A stretch of DNA of 64,000 nucleotides from an uncultured Gemmatimonadales bacterium (lineage in GTDB: Bacteria; Gemmatimonadota; Gemmatimonadetes; Longimicrobiales; Longimicrobiaceae): contig OY970303.1 of NCBI GenBank assembly GCA_963716255.1, positions 8,096,001 through 8,160,000 on the forward strand, given 5' to 3'. A model generated the notes under the pieces. It was not told where the DNA came from. It ran no database searches and saw nothing but the letters and a program-made list of their open reading frames with translations. Each line of letters begins with the position of its first letter. Positions within the stretch are counted from its first letter, which is position 1. Both the position numbers and the translations under genes were made by a program. Below are positions 1 through 13,380 of the stretch, piece by piece.

Positions 1-873
1 CGCGGCCCCGGCCGGGTGTCTCCCTTCTTCGTCCCCATGTTCATCTCGGACATCGCGGCGGGACTGGTCTCCATCCGCCTGGGCGCCAAGGGCCCCAACT
101 ACTGCACCGTCTCCGCCTGCGCCTCGGGCGCGCACGCGGTGGGGAACGGCATGCAGGCGATCCGCCACGGCGAGGCGGACGTGATGATCTGCGGCGGCAC
201 GGAGGCGGCGGTGTCGCGCATGGCGGTGGCGGGCTTCGCCAACATGACGGCGCTCTCCACCCGCAACGACTCGCCCGAGACGGCGAGCCGCCCCTTCGAC
301 GGGGAGCGCGACGGGTTCGTGATCGGCGAGGGCGCGGGGATCGTGGTGCTGGAGGAGCTGGAGCACGCGCGCGCCCGCGGCGCCACCATCATCGCCGAGG
401 TGGCCGGCTACGGCCAGACGGCGGACGCCTACCACATCACCGCCCCGGCGGAGGGCGGCGAGGGCGCGGTGCGCGCCATGCGCATCGCGCTGCGCGACGC
501 GGGCGCGGCGCCGGAGGACGTGGACTACGTCAACGCGCACGGCACCTCCACGCCGGCCAACGACCGCAACGAGTCCATCGCCATCAGGACTGCGCTGGGC
601 GAGCGCGCCCGGCAGATCATCGTGGGCTCCACCAAGTCCATGACCGGGCACACGCTGGGCGCGGCGGGCGGGCTGGAGGCGGTGATCTCGGCGCTGGTCT
701 GCCGCGACGGCGTCATCCCGCCCACCATCAACTACTCCACGCCGGATCCGGACTGCGACCTGGATTACGGGACGGAGGGCAAGGTCGAACGGCCGGTGCG
801 GCTGGCGCTCAGCAACTCGTTCGGGTTCGGCGGGCACAACGTCTGTCTCGCGATCCGACGGTTCGAGGCTTGA
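1..873 (+). CDS. fabF: 3-oxoacyl-ACP synthase II (5' end outside window)
   Basis: KAS motifs: TVSACASG (catalytic Cys), [31 protein letters not shown]. Confidence 0.95.
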   Translation, partial: RGPGRVSPFFVPMFISDIAAGLVSIRLGAKGPNYCTVSACASGAHAVGNGMQAIRHGEADVMICGGTEAAVSRMAVAGFANMTALSTRNDSPETASRPFDGERDGFVIGEGAGIVVLEELEHARARGATIIAEVAGYGQTADAYHITAPAEGGEGAVRAMRIALRDAGAAPEDVDYVNAHGTSTPANDRNESIAIRTALGERARQIIVGSTKSMTGHTLGAAGGLEAVISALVCRDGVIPPTINYSTPDPDCDLDYGTEGKVERPVRLALSNSFGFGGHNVCLAIRRFEA

Positions 874-890
874 CGACGGCTGTGGACTAC

Positions 891-1025
891 GGGTTCGGGC
901 GTGCCCCCGGCGGGCGCCGGGGTCGGGCTTCGGCTCCGTAGAGCAGCAAACAACGCTGCTCAACGGAGTCGAGCCCCGGCAAACAGCCGCCGGGTCTCGC
1001 CCCTTCGGGCCGAAATCCCTCACGC
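891..1025 (+). repeat. Structured intergenic repeat family A, copy 1
   Basis: GGGTTCGGGCGTGCCCCCGG...AATCCCTCACGC; central hairpin GAGCAGC-AAACAAC-GCTGCTC; 11 other copies in window. Confidence 0.95.
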
Positions 1026-1045
1026 GGCATCGCGCTGGCGTCCGC

Positions 1046-1170
1046 GAGAGGCCCCCACCCGGCTCGCTTGAGGCTCGCCACCCTCCCCCAATGCTGGGGA
1101 AGGGCTTTTTTGTGCCTCGGTGTCGTCGTTCTCGCCTCCCCCTTGCGGGGAGGGGCCGGGGGAGGGGGTC
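1046..1170. repeat. Purine/pyrimidine-skewed hairpin repeat family B; includes probable fabF terminator
   Basis: CCCGGCTCGCTTGAGGCTCGCCACCCTCCCCCAATGCTGGGGAAGGGCTTTTTT, then CCTCCCCCTTGCGGGGAGGGGCCGGGGGAGGGGG; modules recur about 12 times. Confidence 0.8.
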
Positions 1171-1172
1171 CG

Positions 1173-2324
1173 TCAGTAGTTCAGCGTGTACAGCGCCTCC
1201 ATCTGCTTCCTGCCCACCGATGCGGGGGTGAGGCGCAGCGCGGCGTTGCGCAGGGCGCGGGCGAGCGGGTTGGTGAGGTGGACGACGCGGCCGAACCGGC
1301 GCGAGCGGTCCACCACCATGCGCGCCTTGGGCTCGCGGATGTGCTGGTACGCGGCGAAGGCGTCCTCCGGGCGCGGGTGAGACACGAGCTGTTCCGCGAG
1401 CACGTACGCGTCCTCGATGGCCTGGGCGCCGCCCTGGCCCAGGTTGGGCGTGGTGGCGTGCGCCGCGTCACCCAGCAGGACGACGCGGCCGCGGTACCAG
1501 GCGGGGAGCGCGGGGAGGTCGTACATGTCGGTGCGGAGCATGCGCTCCGTGTCGGTGGCGGCGATCAGCTCCGGGACCGGGGCGGGGAAGGGCGCCGCCA
1601 TCGCGTCCAGGCGCCTTCGGGTCTCCGCGGGCGAGGCGTCGGTCTCGCCCGCGGGAGCGTCGAGCGAGGCGTACCAGTACGCCTCCCCGTGGCCGACGGC
1701 GGAGAAGCCGAAGCGGCGACCGGGACCCCAGACCTCCCATCCCACCCCGTCGAAGCCGTCCGGCAGCCGGAACGGCGTCACCGCGCGGTACGAGCTCTGC
1801 CCCGAGTAGCGGAGCCGCGCCCCGGGCGCGACCGCCTCCCGCACCCGCGAGTGGGCGCCGTCCGCGCCCACCACCACCTCCGCTCGCACCTCGCTCCCGT
1901 CCGCGAAGCACACCCGCGCGCCTCCTTCCTCCGGCACCACCTCGCGGCACTCCCTCCCGACGCGCACCGCGTCCGCGGGGAGCGCGTCCAGCAGCACCCG
2001 GTGCAGCCGCCCGCGGTGGATCGCCACGTTGGGGTAGCCGAAGCCGCGCGCCATGTCTCCCACGTCGGCGCGCTGGAGGACGCCGGCGCGATGATCCCGC
2101 AGCTCCGCGCGCTCCAGCCGCGCCCCCTCGCACATCACCGCCTCCGCCAGCCCCAGCCGCCCGAGCACCTGCATGGCGTTCGGCGGCACCCAGATCCCCG
2201 CGCCGATGGGGCGCAGCTCCGCCGCGGCCTCGTAGACCGGCGCCACGGTCCCCCGCCGACGCAGCGCGACCGCGAGCGTCAGCCCGCCGATCCCGCCGCC
2301 CACGATCACCACTCGCTCGCGCAT
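1173..2324 (-). CDS. FAD-dependent monooxygenase (aromatic hydroxylase-like)
   Basis: VVIVGGGIGG FAD motif, GADGAHS, LLGDAAHATTPNLGQGG; start moved to ATG at 2324. Confidence 0.9.
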   Translation of the reverse strand: MRERVVIVGGGIGGLTLAVALRRRGTVAPVYEAAAELRPIGAGIWVPPNAMQVLGRLGLAEAVMCEGARLERAELRDHRAGVLQRADVGDMARGFGYPNVAIHRGRLHRVLLDALPADAVRVGRECREVVPEEGGARVCFADGSEVRAEVVVGADGAHSRVREAVAPGARLRYSGQSSYRAVTPFRLPDGFDGVGWEVWGPGRRFGFSAVGHGEAYWYASLDAPAGETDASPAETRRRLDAMAAPFPAPVPELIAATDTERMLRTDMYDLPALPAWYRGRVVLLGDAAHATTPNLGQGGAQAIEDAYVLAEQLVSHPRPEDAFAAYQHIREPKARMVVDRSRRFGRVVHLTNPLARALRNAALRLTPASVGRKQMEALYTLNY

Positions 2325-2504
2325 CTCCGCCTCCGCCGCGGGTCTCGTCCGTGCCCGGTGGACAGGGTAAAGCGGACGGACGGCGACGGCAACGGCCCCC
2401 CTCACCCCCCGACCCCCTCTCCCACAAGGGGAGAGGGGGAGCACGACACGGAAACGGCGGGAATCGAAGCGTGGACATGCCCCTCCCCCGGAACGGGGGA
2501 TATA

Positions 2505-3892
2505 TCAGGTCGCTGAAAAACGGCAGCCTGGAGTGTGACGTGGAAAACTTCCACTCCAGAATCAGCGAAACGGGGCTTTTCCGGCGTATGGGGTGCCCGG
2601 TTTCCCGCCCGTGCAGCCATTTTCGGCGTGCACGGACGCACTGTGCCTCAGGCGAGGGCCTGCAAACCCGGCGCGAGGCGTGCCAGGCGCAGGAGGTTGT
2701 ACGCGGCGCCCACGATCAGCGCCTTCTGCGTCAGCTTCCAGCGATCCACGTGGCGGCTCCGACGCATCCCGCCGATCTCCTTTGCCCAGCCGAAGATCTC
2801 CTCGATCCGCTTACGCTTGCGTTGCGAGAGGGCGTACTCCGGCGTACCCATCCGCTCTCGGGCTCGGCTGCGCGCTTCGGCTCCCTTGGCGTCCGGGTCG
2901 ATCGGCCCCTCCGGGATCGGCACGTGCGCGCTCACACCGTCCTGATAGGCTGCCTGGAGGAACGGGCCACTGGGATAGCCCCCATCCAGCCCCACCGTGC
3001 GCTCCACCGGCAAGTCGTGCCGAATCCGGCTGCGCTCCAGCAGCAGGAGTGCCTGGTCGCGCTCGCCCGTCCCGTCGGCCTCCACCACGCTGACGTCGAT
3101 GAGCAGCCCGTGCCGGTTCTCCATCAGCGCGTTCAGCAGATGGCACAGCCGCGCCGGCACTCCCTTGCTCTTGGTCGCCAGGCGCGCCTCGGGGTCCGTG
3201 AGCGAGCGGTGCGTCGCGTTGGTCCGCTTCTCTTTGCGGAAGTTCACCGAGGGATTGCTCGTGTCGCCGTCCTTCGAGCCGTCGCTGACCTTCTCGTCCG
3301 GGCTGCCGATCTTGCGCAGGCTCTTCATCGAGGCATAGCTCTCGATCAGGCTGCCATCGATCGAGAAGTGCTCCTGGCTCGCCAGTTCCTCCAGGTACGC
3401 CCCCTCGATGATCCGCTCGAAGAAGGTGCGCACCAGCCCGTGCTTCTCGAACCGATCCCGGTTCTGCGTGAACGTGGTCGCATCCCACACCCCCGCATGC
3501 GGCTCCAGGTCCAGGAACCACCGGTAAGCCAAGTTCACTCCGATCTGCTCCACCAGCATCCGCTCCGAACGGATCGAGTGCAGCGCCTGAAGCAGCAGCG
3601 CCTTCAGCAGCATCTCCGGCGGGATACTCGCCCGTCCCAGAGCCGCGTAGGCGCGGTCGAACTCCGGACTCATCCCGGCCAGCACCGCATCGGCTCGCGC
3701 CTTGACCGCCCGCAGCGGATGCGTAGGCGAGAGCAGGCTCTCCGGATCGTAGAACATCCACATCGCGTGCTGCTGGCTGACTCGTCCGCGCATCGTGGCT
3801 GCTCCCCGAGAGTGTGAGGACAGGTTTTCCCCAATCTACGACGCCACACCCTCGCGCGCACGCGCGTGCGCACAAGCTTTTCAGCAACCTGA
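2505..3892 (-). mobile_element. IS5/IS1182-like insertion sequence, about 1.39 kb
   Basis: Terminal inverted repeats TCAGGTCGCTGAAAA (2505) and TTTTCAGCAACCTGA (ends 3892); TA on both flanks, a probable target duplication; encodes a DDE transposase. Confidence 0.85.
2648..3793 (-). CDS. IS5-family DDE transposase
   Basis: GRASIPPEMLLKALLLQ...SERMLVEQ...YRWF (DUF772-like N-terminus), FSIDGS, GLDGGY, RKRIEEIFGWAK, YNLLRLA. Confidence 0.92.
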   Translation of the reverse strand: MRGRVSQQHAMWMFYDPESLLSPTHPLRAVKARADAVLAGMSPEFDRAYAALGRASIPPEMLLKALLLQALHSIRSERMLVEQIGVNLAYRWFLDLEPHAGVWDATTFTQNRDRFEKHGLVRTFFERIIEGAYLEELASQEHFSIDGSLIESYASMKSLRKIGSPDEKVSDGSKDGDTSNPSVNFRKEKRTNATHRSLTDPEARLATKSKGVPARLCHLLNALMENRHGLLIDVSVVEADGTGERDQALLLLERSRIRHDLPVERTVGLDGGYPSGPFLQAAYQDGVSAHVPIPEGPIDPDAKGAEARSRARERMGTPEYALSQRKRKRIEEIFGWAKEIGGMRRSRHVDRWKLTQKALIVGAAYNLLRLARLAPGLQALA

Positions 3893-3962
3893 TAGAGGGC
3901 GAGCCGTGCGAGCCTCAAGCGAGCCGGGTGGGGGGGCCCCCGCGGACGCCAGCGCGATGCCC

Positions 3963-4097
3963 GCGTGAGGGATTTCGGCCCGAAGGGGCGAGACCGCGCG
4001 GCTGTTTGCGCGGGCTCGACTCCGTTGCAGACGGTTGTTTCGTCTGCTACGGAGCCGAAGCCCGACCCCGGCGCCAGCCGGGGACACGCCCGAACCC
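3963..4097 (-). repeat. Repeat family A, copy 2
   Basis: Reverse orientation; central stem GCAGACG/CGTCTGC. Confidence 0.95.
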
Positions 4098-4211
4098 TGC
4101 AGTTCCGCCCTTCGAGCCGTCCGAAGTTGCTCCAGCCTTTCACGGGGCATTATTGTTGCTCGCCGCGCGACCGCGCGGAACTGGACGACCTACGAGAACG
4201 GACACGGGGGA

Positions 4212-4727
4212 ATGCGGATCGGCAACGGATACGACTCGCATCGCTTCGCCGCGGGGCGCAAGCTGATCCTGGGCGGCGTGGAGATCCCGTCCGAGCGGGG
4301 GCTGGACGGCCACTCCGACGCCGACGCCGTGGCGCACGCCGTCACCGACGCGCTGCTGGGCGCCACCGGGCTGGGCGACATCGGCCGCCACTTCCCTCCC
4401 TCCGACGCGCGCTACAAGGACGCCGACTCCATGCAGCTGCTGGCCGCGGTGGTCCGGCTGCTGGAAGGGCGCAACTTCCAGCCGGTGAACGTGGACGTGA
4501 CCGTGATCGCGGAGGCGCCCAGGATCGGGCCGCACGCGGACGCCATGCGCGAGCGGCTGGCGGCGACGCTGGGGATCGCGCCGGACCACGTGTCGGTGAA
4601 GGGAAAGACCAACGAGGGGATGGGGTGGATCGGGCGGGGCGAGGGCATCGCGGTGATGGCCGTGGCGCTGGTGGACCGCATGGAGGGGATGGACGCCTTC
4701 CTGGCGCGCGAGCGGGCGGCGGACTGA
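4212..4727 (+). CDS. ispF: 2-C-methyl-D-erythritol 2,4-cyclodiphosphate synthase
   Basis: MRIGNGYDSH, GHSDAD, GDIGRHFP, VKGKTNEG..GRGEGIA. Confidence 0.97.
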   Translation: MRIGNGYDSHRFAAGRKLILGGVEIPSERGLDGHSDADAVAHAVTDALLGATGLGDIGRHFPPSDARYKDADSMQLLAAVVRLLEGRNFQPVNVDVTVIAEAPRIGPHADAMRERLAATLGIAPDHVSVKGKTNEGMGWIGRGEGIAVMAVALVDRMEGMDAFLARERAAD

Positions 4728-4760
4728 TGCCCGCGGCCCGGCCGGGCGGGAGGACGCGCC

Positions 4761-5390
4761 GTGGGTGACGGCGTCGACGCGCTCCTCCAGCGCATGACGC
4801 AGCTCCCGGAGCTGCTGGTGTACGTGGTCGTGGGGCTGTTCGCCGCGGTGGAGAACGTGTTCCCGCCCGTCCCCGCGGACGTGGTCGCCCTGTTCGGCGG
4901 CTTCCTGGCCGGCAACGGCGCCGCGAACCCCTGGATCGTCTTCGGGGTGGTGTGGCTCGCCAACGTCGCGGGGGCGCTGCTGGTGTACTGGATCGGGCGG
5001 CGCTACGGCGAGCGCTTCTTTTCCACGCGCGTGGGGCGCCTGATCCTCCAGCCGCAGCAGCTCCAGAAGCTGGACGCCTTCTACCGGCGGCGGGGGACCA
5101 TCGTGATCTTCGTCAGCCGCTTCCTGCCCATGTTCCGCGCCGTGGTGCCGGCCTTCGCGGGGATGAGCGGCATCTCGCTCAAGGAGGCGGCGGTGCCGGT
5201 GCTGGTGGCCTCCGGGCTCTGGTACGGGCTGGTGGTGTACGTGGGCGCCACCGCGGGGCAGAACTGGGAGGCGATCCGCGCCGGGCTGGAGGCGCTGGGG
5301 CGGTGGATCTACCTGGTGGCGCTGGTGCTGCTGGCCGTGGTGGCGTGGCTCTGGTGGCGCAGCCGCGACCGATCCGGCGCCGCGGCGTGA
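4761..5390 (+). CDS. DedA family membrane protein
   Basis: ENVFPPVPAD, SRFLPMFR, several hydrophobic helices. Confidence 0.9.
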   Translation: MGDGVDALLQRMTQLPELLVYVVVGLFAAVENVFPPVPADVVALFGGFLAGNGAANPWIVFGVVWLANVAGALLVYWIGRRYGERFFSTRVGRLILQPQQLQKLDAFYRRRGTIVIFVSRFLPMFRAVVPAFAGMSGISLKEAAVPVLVASGLWYGLVVYVGATAGQNWEAIRAGLEALGRWIYLVALVLLAVVAWLWWRSRDRSGAAA

Positions 5391-5409
5391 GGCGGGGCGG
5401 GGCGGCGGC

Positions 5410-6318
5410 GTGAGCACCGAGGACATCCGCCGCGAGTTCCAGGTGGCGCGCTTCGTGGACCACCTGCGCTTCGAGCGCGGCCTTTCGGACCTGACGGTGC
5501 AGGCGTACGAGCACGACGTCGTACGGCTGGCGTCGTTCTCGCGCACGCTGGACCGCATCACCCCGGCGGAGGTGACCACGCAGGACCTGCGCGCCTTCGT
5601 CCTCCTCCTCAAGGACGTGGGGCTGGCGCCCTCGAGCATCGCCCGCAACGTGTCGGCGGTGAGGACGTACTTCGGCTTCCTGCTGGCGGAGAGCCTGGTG
5701 GTCGCGGATCCCAGCGAGCGCATCGAGCCGCCGCGCGGCTGGAAGACGCTCCCCTCGGTCCTCAGCGTCGCCGAGATCGAGAAGCTGCTGGACGCGCCCG
5801 ACCTGTCGCAGCCGCTCGCCTGGCGCGACCGGGCCATGCTGGAGTTCGCCTACGCCAGCGGGGTGCGCGTTTCCGAGCTGATCGGCCTGCAGGTGCGCAA
5901 CCTGGCGCTCCAGGACGAGTTCGCGCTCGTCTACGGCAAGGGCGGCAAGGAGCGGCTGGTGCCCATCGGGCGGCGGGCCGTGGGGGCGCTCGCCATCTAC
6001 CTGCGCGAGACGCGGCCGCGGCTGGAGAAGGGGAGCGGCGAGGGGCGCGTGTTCCTGAACGCCCGGGGAACGCCCCTCAGCCGCATGGGGGTATGGAAGA
6101 TCCTGCGCCAGCACGTGGAGGCGGCGGGGATCGCCAAGCACGTGTCGCCGCACACGCTGCGGCACTCGTTCGCCACGCACCTGCTGGAGGGCGGGGCGGA
6201 CCTGGTGGCCGTACAGGAAATGCTGGGGCACGCGGACATCTCCACCACGCAGATCTACACGCACGTGGACCGCCGGTATTTGGCCGAGGTGCACCGTAGC
6301 TTTCATCCGCGTGCCTGA
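5410..6318 (+). CDS. xerD: Site-specific tyrosine recombinase XerD
   Basis: RDRAMLEFAYASGVRVSEL, GKGGKERLVP, SPHTLRHSFATHLLEGGADL, LGHADISTTQIYTHV. Confidence 0.9.
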   Translation: MSTEDIRREFQVARFVDHLRFERGLSDLTVQAYEHDVVRLASFSRTLDRITPAEVTTQDLRAFVLLLKDVGLAPSSIARNVSAVRTYFGFLLAESLVVADPSERIEPPRGWKTLPSVLSVAEIEKLLDAPDLSQPLAWRDRAMLEFAYASGVRVSELIGLQVRNLALQDEFALVYGKGGKERLVPIGRRAVGALAIYLRETRPRLEKGSGEGRVFLNARGTPLSRMGVWKILRQHVEAAGIAKHVSPHTLRHSFATHLLEGGADLVAVQEMLGHADISTTQIYTHVDRRYLAEVHRSFHPRA

Positions 6319-6341
6319 GCGCTTCGGCGGGATCTTGCGTT

Positions 6342-6505
6342 GGGGCCGCTCCGGAGCCGGACGATACGGCCGTCCGTCTCCTGCGCGGGTCGCGGAGCCC
6401 CGGGAAACTGCCCCCGGGTCTCCGCTCCGGCTCCGCGAGACTCGCGCAAACGGCCGCGCGAGTCTCCCTCCGCAACGGATGTGGGGGGTACTGCGGAACG
6501 GCGAC
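6342..6505 (+). repeat. Structured repeat family C, copy 1
   Basis: GGGCCGCTCCGGA...three hairpins...GGGGGGTACTGCGGAACGGCGAC; homologous to 53755-53915 (reverse). Confidence 0.8.
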
Positions 6506-6591
6506 GGCAGGGAACGGCAACGGCACGTCGCCCCGTCAAACGAGGATGGGTCATGAACATCCAGGTCTCCGCCGGGCAGGCGAGGTGGTCC

Positions 6592-6990
6592 ATGCGGCCC
6601 GAGGAGCGTGATCCGGCGCACCTGTACGACATGCTCCAGGCCTCTCGCCGGATCCTTCGCTACGCCGATGGGGCGAGCCTCGAGGACGTGCGCGGGAACG
6701 AGGTTCTCGCGGACGCCATCATCCATCGGCTCACCGTGCTGGGCCGGGCGGCGGCTCTGATCTCGCCCTCGCTGCAGGCGCGGGACACCGACATTCCCTG
6801 GGAGCGGATCGGCGAATTGCACTCGCTCGCCCTCCACCCGACCAGCAGCGACCTCGTCGACTTCGCCTGGAAAACGGCCACGGAGGACATCCCCCGGCTG
6901 GTGCCGCGCCTGGAGGCCCTGCTTACGCCCGGACTCGACGGCGCCTCGGGGGCATTCGAAACCGCATCAAGCGAGTCGGGCAAGCCGTGA
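6592..6990 (+). CDS. DUF86/HepT-like HEPN protein with degenerate catalytic motif
   Basis: D..HLYDMLQA...[16 protein letters not shown]....IPWERI...[21 protein letters not shown] upstream; stop overlaps the GTG of the next gene. Confidence 0.7.
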   Translation: MRPEERDPAHLYDMLQASRRILRYADGASLEDVRGNEVLADAIIHRLTVLGRAAALISPSLQARDTDIPWERIGELHSLALHPTSSDLVDFAWKTATEDIPRLVPRLEALLTPGLDGASGAFETASSESGKP

Positions 6991-7562
6991 TCCTGGTTAT
7001 CGATAACTACGACAGCTTCACCTGGAATCTGGTGCAGTACCTGGGCGAATTGGGGGCCGATCCGGTCGTGCGGCGCAACGACGAGCTGTCGGTGGACGAG
7101 ATCGAGGCGCTGGCGCCGGAGCGCATCGTGGTGTCGCCGGGACCGTGCACCCCCAGCGAGGCCGGCGTTTCGGTGGAGGTGATCCGGCGATTGGGGCCGT
7201 CCACGCCCATCCTGGGCGTGTGCCTGGGGCACCAGTCCATCGGGGCGGCGTACGGCGGCGAGGTGGTGCGGGCGCGGCGGGTCATGCACGGCAAGACCTC
7301 TCCCATCCGCCACACCGGCGAGGGGATCTTTTCCGGGCTCCCGTCGCCGCTCGTGGTGGCGCGCTACCACTCGCTGGTGATCGAGCCGTCCACGCTCCCG
7401 GCGGAGCTGGAGGTGCTCGCCACCACCGACGAGCCGGGGAGCGAGACCGAGATCCAGGCCGTCCGGCACCGGGAGCACCCGGTGTGGGGCGTGCAGTTCC
7501 ACCCGGAGTCCATCGCCAGCGAGCACGGGCACGACCTCCTCCGCAACTTCCTCGGCCAATGA
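6987..7562 (+). CDS. pabA: Anthranilate/aminodeoxychorismate synthase component II (glutamine amidotransferase)
   Basis: [35 protein letters not shown]. Confidence 0.92.
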   Translation: MILVIDNYDSFTWNLVQYLGELGADPVVRRNDELSVDEIEALAPERIVVSPGPCTPSEAGVSVEVIRRLGPSTPILGVCLGHQSIGAAYGGEVVRARRVMHGKTSPIRHTGEGIFSGLPSPLVVARYHSLVIEPSTLPAELEVLATTDEPGSETEIQAVRHREHPVWGVQFHPESIASEHGHDLLRNFLGQ

Positions 7563-9055
7563 CCGCTCCGCGGCTCCGCCTCCTCCTCGCCGCGCTCCTG
7601 GCGCTCGGCGCGCACGCCCTCCCGCTGCGCGCGCAGGACGTGCGGGTGGAGGGGGCCGCGAACAGCCGCGCCGTGCGCATCGCGCGGGAGATCCTCGCGG
7701 CGGGAAATTACCTGCGCATGGACCGCGACACCGTGCTCCCGGCGAGCTTCCGGACCGCGGGCGACCTGGTGGTGGTGGACGCGGAGGTGAGGCTGGAGGG
7801 GACGGTGGAGGGGCGGGTCGCGGTGCTCGGCGGCGTGCTCTTCGTCCGGCCCGGCGCGCGCGTCGTGGGCCCCATCGTCAACCTGGGCGGCGAGGTGTAC
7901 CCCTCCGGCCTGGCTCAGGTGGGCGAGATCGTGGAGGCCGAGCCGGAGCTGGAGGTGGGGGTGGAGTTCGACACGGCGGGCGCGCGCGTCCGCGTCGCCC
8001 TGCCGGAGCGGGGGCCCAGCTTCAAGCCGTTCGGCTTTCGCCTGCCCACCTACGACCGGGTGGACGGGCTGACGCTCACCCTGGCCCCCTCGTTCCTGGT
8101 CACCGGCGACGCGGACGGGCCGCGGGTGGACGGCTGGGTGTCGTACCGCACCGCGCGCGGCTCCCTGGGCGGGGGCGTGGCGGCGGCGGCGCCGCTGGGG
8201 GGCGGGCTGCGGCTGGACGCGCGGGTGGAGCGCGGCACCCTCACCAACGAGCGCTGGGCCCGCGGCGACCTGGCCAACACAGGGGGGGCGCTGGTGTTCG
8301 CCAACGACCTCCGCGACTACTGGGATTCCGACCGCGCCGTGGTGACGCTCTCCCGCCCGCACGCGGAGCCGCTGATCGCGGGAGAGTACGCGTGGGAGCC
8401 GCGCGTGGGCGTCATGGCCATGCGCGACCGCTCGCTGCGCAACCGCGATCCCTGGTCGCTCTTCGGCGACTTCGACCGCGAGAACCCGGCGGTGGACGAG
8501 CTGGAGTGGGCCTCGGCCGTGGCGGGCGCCGGCTTCCGCTGGGTGGGCTCCACCACCGCCTTCACCGGCGACGCCGCGGTGGAGCGGGCGCTCCCGGCGC
8601 TGGACGGCGACGCGGACTTCACGCAGTGGACGGTGGACGGCCTGTGGACCATGCAGGCGCTCTACCTGCACCAGGTCGGCGTCCGCTTCCGCGCCATGGG
8701 CACCCTGGGCGGCGAGCCCGCGCTCCGCCAGCGCCGCACCTTCGTCGGCGGCGTCGCCACGCTCCCCACCTTCGAGACCGCGGCCTTCCGCGGCGACCGC
8801 CTGGCGTACGTGCGCTCCACCTACGCCATCCCGCTCCCCCAGCGCCTCGCCCTCCCCATCGTGGGCCCGCCCTCGCTGCGCTTCACCCACGCCGCCGGGA
8901 TGGCCTGGGCCACCGGCGCCTCCATGCCCGCGTGGGAGCAGAACCTGGGCGCCGGGATCCTGTTCTCGCTGGCGAGCGCCGAGCTGTTCATCGACCCCGC
9001 CGCCGGCGGCTTCGACCCGAAGCTCACGCTGGCGCTGGAGCTGCCGGCGTTCTGA
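7559..9055 (+). CDS. Secreted/outer-membrane protein: bactofilin-like repeats plus probable beta-barrel
   Basis: Signal peptide; [37 protein letters not shown] repeats; YDRVDGL; alternating strands; terminal Phe. Confidence 0.65.
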   Translation: MTAPRLRLLLAALLALGAHALPLRAQDVRVEGAANSRAVRIAREILAAGNYLRMDRDTVLPASFRTAGDLVVVDAEVRLEGTVEGRVAVLGGVLFVRPGARVVGPIVNLGGEVYPSGLAQVGEIVEAEPELEVGVEFDTAGARVRVALPERGPSFKPFGFRLPTYDRVDGLTLTLAPSFLVTGDADGPRVDGWVSYRTARGSLGGGVAAAAPLGGGLRLDARVERGTLTNERWARGDLANTGGALVFANDLRDYWDSDRAVVTLSRPHAEPLIAGEYAWEPRVGVMAMRDRSLRNRDPWSLFGDFDRENPAVDELEWASAVAGAGFRWVGSTTAFTGDAAVERALPALDGDADFTQWTVDGLWTMQALYLHQVGVRFRAMGTLGGEPALRQRRTFVGGVATLPTFETAAFRGDRLAYVRSTYAIPLPQRLALPIVGPPSLRFTHAAGMAWATGASMPAWEQNLGAGILFSLASAELFIDPAAGGFDPKLTLALELPAF

Positions 9056-9094
9056 ACGGCAGGGAACAGGGAACAGCCTGCGACGGCACGGCGA

Positions 9095-9250
9095 CCCCCT
9101 CCCCCGGTCCTCCCCATAAAGGGAGAGGGGGGGAACGACACCGCGAGGGGGTGGAGCGCAGCGTGGAGATTCCCCTCCCCCGGAACGGGGGAGGGTGGCG
9201 AGCCTCAAGCGAGCCGGGTGGGGGCCCCCGCGGACGCCAGCGCGATGCCC
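9095..9250. repeat. Repeat family B modules
   Basis: CCCCCTCCCCCGG..GGGAGAGGGGG and CCCCTCCCCCGGAACGGGGGAGGGTGGCGAGCCTCAAGCGAGCCGGGTGGGGG. Confidence 0.8.
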
Positions 9251-9385
9251 GCGTGAGGGATTTCGGCCCGAAGGGGCGAGTCCGCGCGGCTGTTTGCGCG
9301 GGCTCGACTCCGTTGCAAACGGTAGTATCGTTTGCTACGGAGCCGAAGCCCGACCCCGGCGCCAGCCGGGGGCACGCCCGAACCC
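9251..9385 (-). repeat. Repeat family A, copy 3
   Basis: Central stem GCAAACG/CGTTTGC, loop ATACTAC. Confidence 0.95.
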
Positions 9386-9431
9386 GCCGTGAGAAACCCC
9401 GCCGTCAGAGCAGTCCAGCCGGCACGCCGTT

Positions 9432-9460
9432 TTGACAAAGCCGACCTCAACGGCTATCTT
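9432..9460 (+). promoter_or_regulatory. Sigma70-type promoter of the kdsB-pyrG-kds-lpt-rpoN operon
   Basis: TTGACA, 17 bp spacer, TATCTT, upstream of kdsB. Confidence 0.75.
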
Positions 9461-9471
9461 GCATGGCGTGA

Positions 9472-12815
<3,344 letters not shown>

Positions 12816-12822
12816 CCGACCC

Positions 12823-13380
12823 ATGGCGATCGCGCCGGAGGTGGCGCGGCGGATCCGGCTGGTGGTGCTGGACGTGGACGGGGTGATGACCGACGGCGGC
12901 ATCTACCTCGGGGCGACGGACTCCGGCGAGCGCGTGGAATTCAAGCGCTTCGAGATCCAGGACGGGCTGGGGATCCGCCTCCTGCAGGAAGCCGGGATCA
13001 CCTGCGCCGTCGTCACCGGGCGCGAGTCGCACTCGGTGCGGCTGCGCGCGGCGGAGCTGGGGATCGCCGAGTGCCACCAGGACCCCACCGCCGCCAAGCT
13101 GCGCATCGTCCGCGACCTGCTGGAGCGGCTGGGCGTGGGCTGGGAGGAGACGGCGTTCCTGGGCGACGACCTCCCCGACCTCGCCGTCATGCGGCGGGTG
13201 GGGCTCCCCGCCGCGGTGGGCAACGCCGCCCCGGAGGCGCGCGCCTCGGCCCTGTGGCAGGGGGAGCGGCGGGGCGGGCACGGGGCGGTGCGCGAGTTCG
13301 CCGAGGCGCTGCTGGGAGGGCGCGGCGAGTGGGCGGAGCGGGTGGAGGCGTACGTGCGCGACCGCGAGGCCGGACTGTGA
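12823..13380 (+). CDS. kdsC: KDO-8-phosphate phosphatase (HAD)
   Basis: LDVDGVMTDG, GDDLPDL, GGHGAVREFAE. Confidence 0.93.
   Translation: MAIAPEVARRIRLVVLDVDGVMTDGGIYLGATDSGERVEFKRFEIQDGLGIRLLQEAGITCAVVTGRESHSVRLRAAELGIAECHQDPTAAKLRIVRDLLERLGVGWEETAFLGDDLPDLAVMRRVGLPAAVGNAAPEARASALWQGERRGGHGAVREFAEALLGGRGEWAERVEAYVRDREAGL

Noticed and set aside
887..1081. Recurrent short ORFs containing REGFRPEGARP / YGAEARPRRQPGARP
   Set aside because: These are translations of repeat family A. Variation preserves base pairing rather than codons, and the frames differ between copies.
5410..6318. Prophage or island integrase
   Set aside because: Sequence and context fit housekeeping XerD; no phage genes nearby.
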